Origin: Octopus bimaculoides
Lineage: Eukaryota
NCBI RefSeq assembly: GCF_001194135.2
Contig: NC_068981.1
Location: 11,035,095-11,099,094, forward strand
Direction: 5' to 3'
DNA: 64,000 bases
The notes under the pieces are model-generated. The model had not been told where the DNA came from and made no database searches. It worked only from the letters and a program-made list of their open reading frames with translations. Position numbers and translations under genes: made by a program. How positions within the stretch are numbered: position 1 is the first letter of the stretch; the number at the start of each line of letters is the position of its first letter. Shown here one piece after another: positions 62,119 through 64,000 of the stretch.

Positions 62119-62555
62119 TTTTTTGACCAGTAATTAAGGGATAAAAGTGAGATATTTATTTGGAGATGATAGGGAGAGAGTTAAGAGTAAATATTCACAC
62201 AAATTAGAAAAATAAAAAGTTAAACTTTTGAGTCTTAGTCTAGAAGGGATATTTCGGGAGTACAACGAAGTAAATATCAACATAATAATAAGACAAAACT
62301 CAAGGTAATAAATTTAAAAAGTTATTCTTTTATTTTGGTTATAATCCACTGATGGGTATAAAAAGACATTATATGATGATAATAATATGCATTATTTCTT
62401 TGACAATGTTATGGTCTTTTTGACAGAAACAGCTCTTTGGGATAATTGAATAAATAAATAATCCATCATTAACAACAAAATCTACTTAATTTCTTTTTAT
62501 TTGATGACATTTATTGAACTCCGTTTAATGAATTAATTCTTATAATGAACATTTG

Positions 62556-62672
<117 letters not shown>

Positions 62673-62675
62673 ATA

Positions 62676-62787
62676 GGCGTGGGTGTGTGGTAAAACGCTT
62701 GCTTTCCAGCCACGTGGCACCGGTTTCAGTACCACTGCGTGGCACGTTGAGTAAGTGCCTTCTATTATAGCCCTGTGCAGACCAAGG
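62676..62787 (+). mobile_element. SINE 5' part (same family as 13172)
   Basis: GGCGTGGGTGTGTGGTAAAACGCTTGC...CCACTGCGTGGCACGTTGAGTAAGTGCCTTCTATTATAGCC. Confidence 0.8.
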
Positions 62788-62789
62788 AA

Positions 62790-63125
62790 GATCCTGGAAG
62801 ATCCTGGGGAGTCATGTTCCAAACATCGGCATCAGACCGAATTTTAATGCTCCAAATGGTAGGCACTGACAGCTTCCAAATATACCATCTTCAAACCCAC
62901 AAGTATAAAGACTATACTGTACCATTCTAATATTCAGAGCTTCTCAAGTATTCAACTTCTTACCCAAAGACATTAGGAATATAACGGGACCTCTACTGAA
63001 ACTTTCAAAACAGCATTGGGTGAAAGACTGACGACGATATCGGACCAACCAACCATTGAAGGATACACTCAGGAGAGATCAACTACTGCAAGTTCGATCA
63101 TCGACCAACTTTCAATCATAAAGTG
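62790..63125 (+). mobile_element. CR1-type LINE 3' end fragment
   Basis: FNFLPKDIRNITG..TETFKTAL...LTTISDQPTIEGYT...SSIIDQL, a typical CR1 C-terminus; a SINE tail follows at 63154-63205. Confidence 0.7.
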
Positions 63126-63486
63126 AGAAAAAGAAAAAAAACAAAAAAATTAAGGCCGAACTCCAGCATGGCCGAAGTCCGGCGACTGAAACCTTTAAAA
63201 GAATGAAAGAATATATGAGGCATATATATTTATATACTCATATATACATACATACATTCATACACGCACACACACACGCGCGCGCGCACACACACACACN
63301 NNNNNNNNNNNNNNNNNNNNNNNNNNNNNNNNNNNNNNNNNNNNNNNNNNNNNNNNNNNNNNNNNNNNNNNNNNNNNNNNNNNNNNNNNNNNNNNNNNNN
63401 NNNNNNNNNNNNNNNNNNNNNNNNNNNNNNNNNNNNNNNNNNNNNNNNNNNNNNNNNNNNNNNNNNNNNNNNNNNNNNNNNNNNNN

Positions 63487-63535
<49 letters not shown>

Positions 63536-64000
63536 GATGTTATTCAATACTGTATGCTACAGACAGGTGTAAATACCTTGTCTCTAGGCACGACGTTTCC
63601 GTTGAGAGACAAAGAACAATAGAACCGACGTCTATGTATGTTGTGCGATGGAATTTTCATCAGCTACAGAGAATGTTTGCTTGTCTGTCTACAGAAACGT
63701 TTGAAGACTATTGCTAAAGACGTAGTAATTTGCACTTACGACCGTACATCCTTTATTGTCGAGGTTAGAATATGAACTCTCCAGACATCTATCTATCTAT
63801 GAATGACTACAATCACGTACTCGTGTCCTCGACTCTTTTAGCGGTGATTATAGACAATAGACTTTTAGTATATATATCTATGAAGAGCTACTGTGAAATT
63901 TTACTTTACTAATTTTACTGGTTTTCTAACCACTTAATGGTATTTATTCATGCTTTGGTATAACAGTTTATAAACGCTCTGGTGCTATTTACAGCTGCTT

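Overview
AT-rich, microsatellite-dense eukaryotic draft sequence with about 18 N-gaps, nearly all beside (TA)n/(CA)n tracts. The SINE families resemble those I recall from octopus (coleoid cephalopod) genomes; this assignment is inference and needs a database check. I recognise no intact host protein-coding gene, and most ORF-track entries are microsatellite or gap artefacts. The window is a transposon graveyard: three R4/Dong-type and one HERO-type RLE LINE fragments, RTE and CR1-type LINE fragments, four Penelope-like element (PLE) remnants, two mariner copies, hAT, Tc1 and fold-back MITEs, and many tRNA-derived SINEs. The strongest signal is RNA structure. At least four repeat families carry minimal type-I hammerhead ribozyme (HHR) motifs. 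One non-coding family with a 333-355 nt monomer occurs as tandem or inverted copies at three loci (47.6-48.3, 48.9-49.3 and 54.0-54.5 kb). Its HHR stems and downstream hairpins covary between copies, and the HHR is complete at 49117-49161 (-) and 54283-54325 (+). It is a candidate retrozyme-like, circRNA-producing system. A second family joins a tRNA-like Pol III head to an HHR inside a PLE terminal repeat. No ribozyme activity or transcription is shown by the sequence itself.
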